From assembly GCA_018883245.1 (NCBI GenBank), contig VEQL01000011.1:2720-66719 (forward strand): a DNA stretch of 64,000 nt, in the 5' to 3' direction. How positions within the stretch are numbered: the stretch's first letter is position 1; each line of letters begins with the position of its first letter. Below the pieces are notes generated by a model, which saw only the letters and a list, made by a program, of their open reading frames with translations, searched no databases and was not told where the DNA came from. This document shows, piece after piece, positions 37,691-46,026 of this stretch. The stretch comes from Chthoniobacterales bacterium. GTDB taxonomy: Bacteria > Verrucomicrobiota > Verrucomicrobiia > Chthoniobacterales > JACTMZ01. The translations under genes and the position numbers were made by a program.

Positions 37691-38974
37691 ATGAAGATGG
37701 TGCGTGCCGCGACGGGACTCCTCGTCGCCATGCTGCTGCTTGCCGGCGGGCTCTATTTCTTCCGCAACGATCTGGTGAATTGGTGGATCCGGAGGGAACT
37801 TGCCTCGTCGCTCTCGCAGGTATTGGGCGCGAAGGTTTCTTTGCACGATGTGTCATGGGAACCGGGGCTTCTGCGCGCGGGACATTTCCGTTTGGAAGGG
37901 GAAGGAAATTTGCCGCTGGAATCGCTCGCGGCCGAGGGCGTCCGCGCACCGGTCGCCTGGCAGCGACTCCTCGATCCGGCGCAGGGACGTTTGCACATCG
38001 AGACCGACCGCACCGAGTTGGTGTGGAACGGACGCCAAAAAGCCGCCGCATCCGCCGCAAAATCAACGACGGGACCGGGGCTGCCGGCGCTGGATCTTCT
38101 CGTCGGCAGACTCACATTCCGCCACGCAGACCACAGCGGATGGGAACTGCGCGATATGTCCATGCGAGCCGGTTGCGAGAACGGTGTCTGGTCGTTCTCG
38201 GGAAAAGACGGCACGGCCGTTTTGCCGGGCACCCCGCCCCTGAAGATCGAGCGTGTGTCGGCGCAGTTGCGCGACGGACATCTGGAAATCGGGAGCTTCG
38301 CCGTGCACGACAGTCACGGCGGTGTGCTCGGCGGCTCTGCGCGTCACAGCGAGAGCGGGTGGACCGGCGAATTCTCGTGGCAGGATGTCGGTCTCGATGC
38401 GGTTTTGTCTCCCGCGGTGAGCACGCACTTCGAAGGACGCTGCAGCGGCGACGCCCGGCTGAGCGGCGGAACGCTCCGCGGCAGCATGAAAATCACCGGC
38501 GGGGTGAGCAAGTCGATGCCGCAACTCGTCAAAATGGCCAGTTTGTTCGCCGGCGAAAACTGGAACGAGATCCCTTGGGAAACTTTCCGCTTCGACTTTA
38601 TCCGCTCGCCCGACGGGCGGATGGAATTTTCCAATCTCGAAGCTGTATCGGGCAAGGGTCTCTCGGTTAACGGTTCGGGTCATTACGCACCGGGCAGCTT
38701 GGGCGCCGATCTGCAGCTCGGTGTTCGCCGCCAAGGCCGTCCGTGGTTGGTCGGGTTCGTGCCGCTTTTGTTCCGCGGTGAAAAGGACGGGTATCTCTGG
38801 ACGTCCGTGCGCGTGGGCGGCACGCCCGCCGCACCGACGGAAGATCTGACGGCCCGCGTGGTGGCAGCGCTCGCCGCGGCACCCGCGACCGAGGCTGTCG
38901 AAGCCGCAGCCGAAATGCCGGGCACCGCCGTGGAAGCTGCAGGCAGTTTGCTTCGCGGCTTCCTGCGCCGCTGA
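37691..38974 (+). CDS. AsmA-like/DUF748-like membrane-anchored protein
   Basis: An ATG at 37691 is in frame in track ORF 37589..38974. The TM anchor MKMVRAATGLLVAMLLLAGGLYFF is followed by LVNWWIRRELASSLSQVLGAKVSLHDVSW, resembling AsmA-family N-termini. Weak assignment. Confidence 0.45.
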   Translation: MKMVRAATGLLVAMLLLAGGLYFFRNDLVNWWIRRELASSLSQVLGAKVSLHDVSWEPGLLRAGHFRLEGEGNLPLESLAAEGVRAPVAWQRLLDPAQGRLHIETDRTELVWNGRQKAAASAAKSTTGPGLPALDLLVGRLTFRHADHSGWELRDMSMRAGCENGVWSFSGKDGTAVLPGTPPLKIERVSAQLRDGHLEIGSFAVHDSHGGVLGGSARHSESGWTGEFSWQDVGLDAVLSPAVSTHFEGRCSGDARLSGGTLRGSMKITGGVSKSMPQLVKMASLFAGENWNEIPWETFRFDFIRSPDGRMEFSNLEAVSGKGLSVNGSGHYAPGSLGADLQLGVRRQGRPWLVGFVPLLFRGEKDGYLWTSVRVGGTPAAPTEDLTARVVAALAAAPATEAVEAAAEMPGTAVEAAGSLLRGFLRR

Positions 38975-38978
38975 GCCT

Positions 38979-40001
38979 TCAGCCGCGCTTGCGGAAAATC
39001 CGCATCGCCGTCACCAGATCCACGGCGCGCTGGAGCGGACGGTCGATCGTCGCAGGAGCGGGAGCTTCTTCGGTGTCCTCCTCGATTTCCGGGTTTGTTC
39101 CGGCAACAAGGGCGGCCTCGTTCATGTGCGGTCGTTCCGTCTCGAAAACAAACCCGGCGACGCCTTTGTCCAACGATCCGTCCAACACGGCCTGCCTCGT
39201 CTCCTCGTCCTGCTCGACCTCGAGATCCGGGACCAGACCGTCCGGATAAAGCGCGGGCTCTTTTTCGACGCGCACCTCCGACGCCGCATAGCGCAGGACC
39301 TTTCCACCGCCGAGGGGCACTTCGGTGAACTCGACGGCGCGTCCGCTTGTCGGTGCACCCACGAGCATGGCATCAGCCTTGCCGCGCAGCGCGGCAGCCA
39401 AGGCTTCGGCCGCACCGGCTGTTTCACCGTCGGCCACCAGGATGAGGATGCCAGAAAAAAGCGGGGCAGATGAGGAATTGAAGGCGCGCGCCTCGGTGCC
39501 ACCGGCCTTGACAAGGGAGAAAAGCTTTGTCCCCGGCGGCACAAAACGCGAAGCGGCCTGTGCTGCCAGGTCATAGTCCTGGTTCTCGGGCGTGGCCCGC
39601 AAATCCAAAACGATACCGTCCACTTTTTTCGAGGCAAAGTCCTGCAGCGCGGCGTCGAGCTGCGCGATATTCTCGGATCCGAGCGCGCCGAGACGGATGT
39701 AGCCCGTGTTTCCCTCGAGCAGCTCGGAACGGAAAGGCGACGGTTTGGTTTCCGCCTTGCCCTGCTGCTTCACTTCCGCGCCGGGCTCCAGCAGTTCGAG
39801 CAATCCTGCCAAGGTTGCGCGCTCAACGGTGGTGTCATCGATCCCCGTGCCGCTGAGCGAATTCTCGCGCAGGATGGAAATGGCCTGTTTGACCTGCGCC
39901 GAGTCGAGATCCCCGGGACCGGACGCGGGCTGCCGCGAAAAAGCGCACGCCGCGTGGAGAAGAACCGTGACGACTGCAGCGGATTTTTTAATGGCGGCCA
40001 T
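38979..40001 (-). CDS. S41 (tail-specific protease)-like protein, probably non-catalytic
   Basis: The start was trimmed to the ATG at 40001 (MAAIKKSAAVVTVLLHAACA signal). GYIRLGAL...VDGIVLDLRATPENQDY and LILVADGETAGAAEALAAALRGKADAMLVGAPTSGRA align with S41 core blocks, but the Ser and Lys positions are substituted. Confidence 0.65.
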   Translation of the reverse strand: MAAIKKSAAVVTVLLHAACAFSRQPASGPGDLDSAQVKQAISILRENSLSGTGIDDTTVERATLAGLLELLEPGAEVKQQGKAETKPSPFRSELLEGNTGYIRLGALGSENIAQLDAALQDFASKKVDGIVLDLRATPENQDYDLAAQAASRFVPPGTKLFSLVKAGGTEARAFNSSSAPLFSGILILVADGETAGAAEALAAALRGKADAMLVGAPTSGRAVEFTEVPLGGGKVLRYAASEVRVEKEPALYPDGLVPDLEVEQDEETRQAVLDGSLDKGVAGFVFETERPHMNEAALVAGTNPEIEEDTEEAPAPATIDRPLQRAVDLVTAMRIFRKRG

Positions 40002-40068
40002 GCCGCCCAATGTGGGGGGCGCGGGCCGCGTTTTCAAAGCGATTCCGCGGATGCAGGACAAAGAGTCG

Positions 40069-40875
40069 TCACGCCAAACGCAGCGCGGCCGTGCGGATGT
40101 TTCCGCGTTGCCACGCCAACTGGCGTTCGATGGCGCGATGCAGAAACTTCTTCGCATCGCCGACCGCGACCCGCAGGGACCGTCCGCGCGCGAGGCCGGC
40201 GGTGACAGCCGAAGACAGCGTGCACCCGGAGCCGTGGGTTTCGCGGCGCGGAATGAACGGAAGCACGAATTCCTGGATTTCTTTGCGGTCGCAGAGCACA
40301 TCCACCGCACGCGATCCACGCAAATGCCCGCCTTTGAGCAGGACCGCAGCCCTGTATTTTCCATGCAACTCCCGGGCCGCGGCATCCATCGCATGCCGCG
40401 TCCGGATTTTGCGTCCGAGCAGGACGGCGGCTTCGTCGAGGTTCGGCGTAATGACATCCGCCAGCGGGAACAATTCGTGTTCATAGGCGCGCACCGCGTC
40501 CGGCTTCAGCAACGGGTCCCCGCTGCTTGCCACCATCACGGGATCGACCACGAGGTGAAAGCGACCGATGCGGTCGGCCAGTTCCTCGGAGACCACGCGC
40601 AGAAGGGGGCGGGAATAAAGCATGCCGGTTTTCACAGCGACGACGGGATATGCGTCGAAAAGCATGCGGATCTGCGAGCGCAGAACACCGGGCTTCACGG
40701 CCTGCACATGCTCGACGCGACCCGGCACTTCCGCGACGACGCAGGTCACCGCCGTGAGCCCGTAAACACCGAAGGCGGTGAAAGTCTTGAGATCCGCCTG
40801 AATGCCGGCCCCGCAAGAATTGTCGGAGCCGGCGATGGTCAACGCAACCGGCGGAGCGGGGGCACGCTTACTCAT
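40069..40875 (-). CDS. thiD: Hydroxymethylpyrimidine/phosphomethylpyrimidine kinase
   Basis: LTIAGSDNSCGAGIQADLKTF, VVDPVMVASSG, and a C-terminal GSGCTLSSAVTAGLA. Confidence 0.9.
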   Translation of the reverse strand: MSKRAPAPPVALTIAGSDNSCGAGIQADLKTFTAFGVYGLTAVTCVVAEVPGRVEHVQAVKPGVLRSQIRMLFDAYPVVAVKTGMLYSRPLLRVVSEELADRIGRFHLVVDPVMVASSGDPLLKPDAVRAYEHELFPLADVITPNLDEAAVLLGRKIRTRHAMDAAARELHGKYRAAVLLKGGHLRGSRAVDVLCDRKEIQEFVLPFIPRRETHGSGCTLSSAVTAGLARGRSLRVAVGDAKKFLHRAIERQLAWQRGNIRTAALRLA

Positions 40876-41545
40876 TCCGGCGGGCCATGATCAGATACGC
40901 GAGGTTGCCGAGCGCGGCGACAAAGGCGGCAACATAGGTGAGCGCCGCGGCGTTGAGCACGGCATTCACACCCGCGGCTTCGCCGCCGGGTTGGACCATG
41001 CCCATTTGCTGGAGGATGACTTTCGCGCGGTTCGACGCGTCATATTCCACCGGCAGCGTGATGAGCTGGAACACGGCCAACACCGCGTAGCAGATGATGC
41101 CTATGGTGATGAGTCCGCTGATATGGAACATGAAACCGCCGATGATCACGAGCGGCAGGATCTGCGAGGCGAACTGCGTGGCGGGGACGATGGCCATGCG
41201 CCATTTGAGGGGAGCGTAGGCGCGCGCATGCTGGATGGCATGGCCGCACTCGTGCGCGGCGATCCCGAGAGCGGCAACACTCGGCGAGTTGTAAACGTGC
41301 GATGAAAGGCAGAGACGCTTTTTCATCGGATCATAGTGGTCGCCGAGCATGTCGTTGATCTCCCGCACCTCGACATCGTGGATTTTGGCCGCGTTGAGAA
41401 TCTCCCGAGCCGCCTGCGCACCGGTGATCCCCGAGGTGGCCGGGACTCTCTTGTATTTGCCGAACGCGCCCGAAACGCGCATCTGGGCATAAAGTCCCAG
41501 GACCAAAGGGACACCGATAAGAAGAAGGTAAATGGACATGTTCAT
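40868..41545 (-). CDS. YugP-like membrane zinc metallopeptidase (Zn_peptidase_2)
   Basis: The HExxH motif in AAHECGHAIQH, an N-terminal TM segment and C-terminal TM helices give a typical YugP layout. Confidence 0.8.
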   Translation of the reverse strand: MNMSIYLLLIGVPLVLGLYAQMRVSGAFGKYKRVPATSGITGAQAAREILNAAKIHDVEVREINDMLGDHYDPMKKRLCLSSHVYNSPSVAALGIAAHECGHAIQHARAYAPLKWRMAIVPATQFASQILPLVIIGGFMFHISGLITIGIICYAVLAVFQLITLPVEYDASNRAKVILQQMGMVQPGGEAAGVNAVLNAAALTYVAAFVAALGNLAYLIMARRNE

Positions 41546-41596
41546 GGCTTGGAAATCATCTCAACAGACAACAAATGCGCAATCCCGTTCGAAGAT

Positions 41597-42700
41597 TCAA
41601 TGCAGCTCGAGGGGGACCGCAACCCGGGAGAGCCGCTCGCAGCCGGCTCGGGTCACGGCAACGACATCCTCGTGGCGCACACCGCCTGTCTCCGGATAAT
41701 AAAGCCCCGGCTCCACGGTGAATACCTGCCCGGTCCGGAATGTCGTCGCGGCCAGCCGCGGTTCCTCGTGCAAATCCAACCCGAGTCCGTGTCCGGTGCC
41801 GTGGAAAAATCCGGTCCAACGGCCGCGTTTGCGACCGGTCGGATAACCGCGGTCCGCAAAAAAACGCTTCACGGCATCATGCACCTCCGCGCCGCGGACC
41901 GAAGGTTTGATCATGCTGATGGCGAGTCGCTGCGCCGCACGGACGGTTTCCCACATGCAACGCTGTGCATCGGAAGCCCGTCCCCGCACCACCGTGCGCG
42001 TGATGTCGCCGAAAAAACCGCTCCGCGCATCGCGGGGAAAAATATCGAGGATGATCAGTTCGTGTGCGCGCAACGGACCGTGACCGCGCTCGTGCGGGTC
42101 GCAGGCCTGCCGCCCGCCCGCCACGATCGTCCCATCCGGCACTCCACCGGCCCGCAGAACCGCGGCGTCGGATTCGGCCCGGACAATTTCGCTGGTCAGC
42201 GTTTTGCCGTTCCAGCGAAGAATTCCGTTCCGACCGATGCCCGCCGCGCGCAGCACTTCCACGGCACGAAGAATCCCCGCCTTGGTGATGTGCAACGCAT
42301 GTTTGACGGCGCGGATTTCCTCCGCGGTTTTGCATTCGCGCTCGGGCCAGAAATGTCCCTCGATCGCGAAGACTTTGACTCCCGCCCGCTCGATCGCACG
42401 GGCCATTCCGAGGGGAAAATCGGAAGGCACATCGACACGCCGCACTTTGAAACGCCGCAGCAAATGCACGGCGATGGCCGGGAGCGAAGGATTCCCGCCG
42501 GCTTCGCGCGCCAGCTCCGAAAGCGGAAGAATCTCGTCCACGCGCGCATCGCGGCGTCCGCGGTCGAATTCGAGATCGCCGAGCACGATGGTCTTCACCC
42601 CGCCGTGCTCGAGGAACAGAAAGGGATCCGGGGCCTGGAAGCCGGTGGCGTAAAGCATGTCGGCGGATTGCGGGCTCGGCGCGCAAAGAAGTCTGGCCAT
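41597..42700 (-). CDS. M24B Xaa-Pro aminopeptidase/dipeptidase
   Basis: HGTGHGLGLDLHEEP, VFTVEPGLYYPETGGVRHEDVV, and a creatinase-like N-terminal domain. Confidence 0.85.
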   Translation of the reverse strand: MARLLCAPSPQSADMLYATGFQAPDPFLFLEHGGVKTIVLGDLEFDRGRRDARVDEILPLSELAREAGGNPSLPAIAVHLLRRFKVRRVDVPSDFPLGMARAIERAGVKVFAIEGHFWPERECKTAEEIRAVKHALHITKAGILRAVEVLRAAGIGRNGILRWNGKTLTSEIVRAESDAAVLRAGGVPDGTIVAGGRQACDPHERGHGPLRAHELIILDIFPRDARSGFFGDITRTVVRGRASDAQRCMWETVRAAQRLAISMIKPSVRGAEVHDAVKRFFADRGYPTGRKRGRWTGFFHGTGHGLGLDLHEEPRLAATTFRTGQVFTVEPGLYYPETGGVRHEDVVAVTRAGCERLSRVAVPLELH

Positions 42701-42736
42701 GAGATTTGGAAGGGTCGTTTGCCGCGGCGGATGAAA

Positions 42737-43408
42737 TCAAGCCGTTAGCCGGTCCACGGCAGCAGCGATCGCGGCCGGGGCGTCGATCAGCAGACGGTGA
42801 CCCGCGCGCGGGACGGCAAAAAAGCTTCCGGGAAAACCGCCGACGCGCATTTCCTCGAGCAACCGGCGGAACTTTGTGTCGGTTCCCCCGGCCATCCAAA
42901 CGAAGTCTCCCTCGAGGCGGGCCGTATCGGTGAACTCCTCCGCGACGGAAAACCTATCCAATGCCCCGGCGAGCTTGGCACGGTCGAAATCCCTTTCTTG
43001 GCGTGGCAGGACGCCGCTTCCATCAAAAACTTGCTGCGCATTCCAGCGTGCCATGAGTTTTTCCCACGATTCGCTCCGGAACGCAGCCGCCCAAGCGTCA
43101 TCCGATTTTCTGCGCTCTTCACGCTCCTCGTCCGTCTGGAAATTTCCCGGATTGACCGAAAGCAGCAGCGCGCCGTGCCAACGCTGCGGCTCGCACATCA
43201 GCCACCGCAGGGCGAGCCTTCCCCCGAACGAATAGCCCGCAAGCCACGCCTTTGCCTCAAACGCGGGCGCCTCGCCGATCGCCGGCGCACCGGGCGCGAA
43301 CAAATCGGGACAAATCCATTCGAGGTCCGCAGATGACGCAGCGCGCACGGCATCCCAATCTCTTCCCCGGCCGAGAAAGCCGTGCAAAGCAACGACGCGC
43401 GGTTTCAC
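42737..43408 (-). CDS. Alpha/beta hydrolase, MenH (SHCHC synthase)-like
   Basis: VVALHGFLGRGRDW and the nucleophile elbow LAGYSFGGRLAL. The start was trimmed to the GTG at 43408, which overlaps the znuB-like stop (GTGA). Confidence 0.6.
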   Translation of the reverse strand: MKPRVVALHGFLGRGRDWDAVRAASSADLEWICPDLFAPGAPAIGEAPAFEAKAWLAGYSFGGRLALRWLMCEPQRWHGALLLSVNPGNFQTDEEREERRKSDDAWAAAFRSESWEKLMARWNAQQVFDGSGVLPRQERDFDRAKLAGALDRFSVAEEFTDTARLEGDFVWMAGGTDTKFRRLLEEMRVGGFPGSFFAVPRAGHRLLIDAPAAIAAAVDRLTA

Positions 43409-44259
43409 GACGACGCGCGGCCCGGCACAAAAAGCGTGGCTGCATAGACAGCCATGGACACGAGCACGATGGTCGCGCCGGTCGCGGTCGAGGCGTAAAA
43501 CGAGACGACCAATCCCGCGACTCCGGAGATGATGGCGATGACCACCGCCCATCCGAAGAATTGGGCTGTGCTGCGCCCGAGATTGCGCGCGGCGGCGGCC
43601 GGCAGGAGCAACAGTGCGTTGATCACGAGAATACCGATCCAAGGGAGACTGAACGTCACCACCACGGCGAGCATGCAGGCGAAAGCAAGCTGCGCTGCGC
43701 CCGGATGACGCGCGCGACTGCGGGCCAAAGCCGGGCTCACGCTGGCAAGCAGAAGACGGTTGAAAAAAGCGAAAAAGAGAACGAGCACCGCAACGGCGAG
43801 AACACCGAGCACAGCAATGTCGGACGGCGTGACACCGAGCATGTCGCCGATGAGAAAATTCGTGTAACGCGCAAAGTCGCCGCCTTTGGACAAAATGACG
43901 ATGCCAAGCGAAACCGTGAAAGCCATGACCAGCCCGATCGCGGTGTCGGACGACAATCCTCCGCGTTGCCGCACCCACGCGATGGCAAGGGTCAGGATCA
44001 AGGCAAATCCGACCATCGACCACAGCGGGTTGCCGAGTCCGAGGAGCACGCCGATGGCGATGCCGGTGAAGGCCGCATGGCCGATCGCCTCGGAAAAAAA
44101 CGCCAAACGGTTGGCCACCACCACCGTGCCCAGACCGCCGAGCAGCGGGGCGATGACGAGCACCGCGAGCAGCGCGAGGCGCATGAACGAGTATTGCGCC
44201 CACTCGAAGGGAAGCTGCGACACCGAACGGTGCCAGAACTCGAGCCAAGCACCGGTCAT
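43405..44259 (-). CDS. znuB: Metal (Zn/Mn) ABC transporter permease
   Basis: 284 aa, ABC-3 family pattern with about 8 TM helices. It follows the ATPase and the binding protein in the same operon. Confidence 0.85.
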   Translation of the reverse strand: MTGAWLEFWHRSVSQLPFEWAQYSFMRLALLAVLVIAPLLGGLGTVVVANRLAFFSEAIGHAAFTGIAIGVLLGLGNPLWSMVGFALILTLAIAWVRQRGGLSSDTAIGLVMAFTVSLGIVILSKGGDFARYTNFLIGDMLGVTPSDIAVLGVLAVAVLVLFFAFFNRLLLASVSPALARSRARHPGAAQLAFACMLAVVVTFSLPWIGILVINALLLLPAAAARNLGRSTAQFFGWAVVIAIISGVAGLVVSFYASTATGATIVLVSMAVYAATLFVPGRASS

Positions 44260-45032
44260 GACAAAGACTCCAGACTGAAGGCCTCGCGCACGCGGGGATC
44301 GTGCAATACTTCGGACGGCGTGCCCTCGCAGACGATGCGCCGGTCGAGAAAGACCATGCGGTCGGCAAATCGGGCGAGCGTGGCCAAGTCGTGCGAAACG
44401 AGGAGAACGGCCAGATCGTATTCGCGGCGCAGCTTCGAAATCAGCTCGTAGAATTTCTCGCGACCGCTGTGGTCCACGCCGGACATCGGCTCATCCAGCA
44501 CGAGAATATTCGGCACCGGCGTGAGCGCCAACCCGAGGAGCACACGCTGCAATTCGCCGCCGGACAGCGTCCCCAGTTGGCGACGCAGCAAGTGCTCGGC
44601 GCCGGTGCGCGCCAACCCCTCGCGAGCCTGGCCGACCACCGCCCGGGGAACACCGAGGCATGCAGGGCGCTTGGAAAGCGAGGCGGCAAAAAGGTCGAGC
44701 ACACTCACCGGCGCATCGCGGTCGAACGACGCATGCTGCGGAACGTAGCCGATCAACGGGCTGTCTTTGCGGCGGTGCGCTGCGTCCATGAAATGCACTT
44801 CGCCCGAGTGCGGCATCTCGCCCAAGAGGCAGCGCACGAGGGTGGTCTTGCCCGCGCCGTTTTCGCCGATGACCGCCGTGAGTTCGCCGCAATGAAGGTG
44901 CAGATCGACATGCTCCAACACGGGGACACCGTGGTAGCGCACGCCGACGTCACGGAGCGTCGTGCAGCATTCCCCGCAGCGGTGGGGGGCGATGCCGTGG
45001 TGCGCGGGTGCGTTGTCGGACGGGAGTTCCAT
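44256..45032 (-). CDS. znuC: Metal (Zn/Mn) ABC transporter ATP-binding protein
   Basis: Walker A GENGAGKTTL, signature LSGGELQRVLLGLAL, Walker B LVLDEPMSGVD. The start was trimmed to the ATG at 45032. The N-terminal 26 aa contain HHGIAPHRCGECC. Confidence 0.85.
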   Translation of the reverse strand: MELPSDNAPAHHGIAPHRCGECCTTLRDVGVRYHGVPVLEHVDLHLHCGELTAVIGENGAGKTTLVRCLLGEMPHSGEVHFMDAAHRRKDSPLIGYVPQHASFDRDAPVSVLDLFAASLSKRPACLGVPRAVVGQAREGLARTGAEHLLRRQLGTLSGGELQRVLLGLALTPVPNILVLDEPMSGVDHSGREKFYELISKLRREYDLAVLLVSHDLATLARFADRMVFLDRRIVCEGTPSEVLHDPRVREAFSLESLS

Positions 45033-45046
45033 CGGCGGCAATCGTA

Positions 45047-45916
45047 TCAGCGCAAGGCCTCCTGCAGAACGGCGAGATTTTTTTCCATCGCGGCCAGCCA
45101 TGCGTCTTTCGCGGCACCGGGATCGGAGGGACCGGTCACCACGGGATCCAACTCATAAACTTTGGACCCCGTTTCCGACGCGATGATCTGCGCGCACTTG
45201 CCGGAAAATTGAGGCTCGGTGAAAAGCGCTTTCACGCGCCGCGTGCGCACAAGATCGACCATATCGGCAAGTTCGCGCGCACTCGGCTCGGTCCCCGGCT
45301 CGGGCTCCACCACGCCGGCAATCTCCAATTTGAAATCACGCGCGAAATAAGGGAACGCCTCGTGAAACGTGACAATCGGCGTGCCGGCAAATGGGGCAAG
45401 AGCCGCGCGCATTTTTTCTTCCAAGCGGCCGAGCCGCGCCTTGTAGCTGTCCGCATTTGCACGGAACGCCGCCGATTTTTCCGGAGCGGCCGAGGACAAT
45501 GCCGCGGCAATGTTGGCCGCTTGCCGCCTCGCCCCGTCGAAGCTGACCCACACATGCGCGTTGCCATCCGTCAGCGGAATTCCTTCGCTGACCTCGACAA
45601 TGCGCAGCCCCGGCGACTGCCGCGCAATTTTCCCGAGGAAGGATTCCATGCCCGCACCATTGGCCAGCAAAAGATCCGCCTCCGAAAGTTTGCGCACATC
45701 GCCGGCCGTGAGTTGGTAGTCGTGCAAACAGCCGACATGCGGGCTGGCCAAATTTTCCACGGTCACGCCGTCCACCCCCGCGGCGACATTCAAGGTGGCC
45801 ACGTAAACAGGATAGAACGTCGTGACCACGCGCAGCGGCTCCGCGCCCCGAAGTCCCGGCGCAAACGTGACCGCAGCCACCGCCAAACCCAACCAAGCCG
45901 CCAATTTGATCTTCAT
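45047..45916 (-). CDS. znuA: Metal (Zn/Mn) ABC transporter substrate-binding protein (TroA/ZnuA-like)
   Basis: Signal MKIKLAAWLGLAVAAVTFAPG, then RVVTTFYPVY...GCLHDYQLT...VTFHEAFPYFARDF. An alternative ATG lies at 45946. Confidence 0.85.
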   Translation of the reverse strand: MKIKLAAWLGLAVAAVTFAPGLRGAEPLRVVTTFYPVYVATLNVAAGVDGVTVENLASPHVGCLHDYQLTAGDVRKLSEADLLLANGAGMESFLGKIARQSPGLRIVEVSEGIPLTDGNAHVWVSFDGARRQAANIAAALSSAAPEKSAAFRANADSYKARLGRLEEKMRAALAPFAGTPIVTFHEAFPYFARDFKLEIAGVVEPEPGTEPSARELADMVDLVRTRRVKALFTEPQFSGKCAQIIASETGSKVYELDPVVTGPSDPGAAKDAWLAAMEKNLAVLQEALR

Positions 45917-45956
45917 ATGATTAGCAAATGCAGAATGCGTTATCATATGATGTCAA
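45913..45956. promoter_or_regulatory. Candidate operator/promoter of the znu operon: inverted repeat TCATATGAT-N20-ATCATATGA abutting a TTGACA hexamer on the minus strand
   Basis: The arms lie at 45913-45921 and 45942-45950, and each contains one of the two candidate znuA ATGs. A minus-strand TTGACA lies at 45951-45956. The local sequence is AT-rich. Confidence 0.3.
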
Positions 45957-46026
45957 AGTTTCTCCACGCATCAAGCAAATGTTGCGTTGGTCGTTCAGGC
46001 CGCTGCGCACCGCGTGCGGGGAACGC

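Noticed and set aside
38979-40484. Long N-terminal extensions of track ORFs. This one is an example; others are 28973..30067, 42737..44368, 61227..62645, 62467..63603, 12915..14096, 26383..28182 and 25536..26618.
   Set aside because: The extensions overlap the upstream gene on the same strand, are Arg/Ser/Cys-rich junk, and precede an internal start. That internal start yields a signal peptide or the canonical family N-terminus. I trimmed the starts accordingly.
40876-41596. A possible TPP riboswitch upstream of thiD
   Set aside because: thiD overlaps the upstream YugP-like gene by 8 nt and has no leader. The 51-nt gap above that gene is too short and lacks THI-box features.
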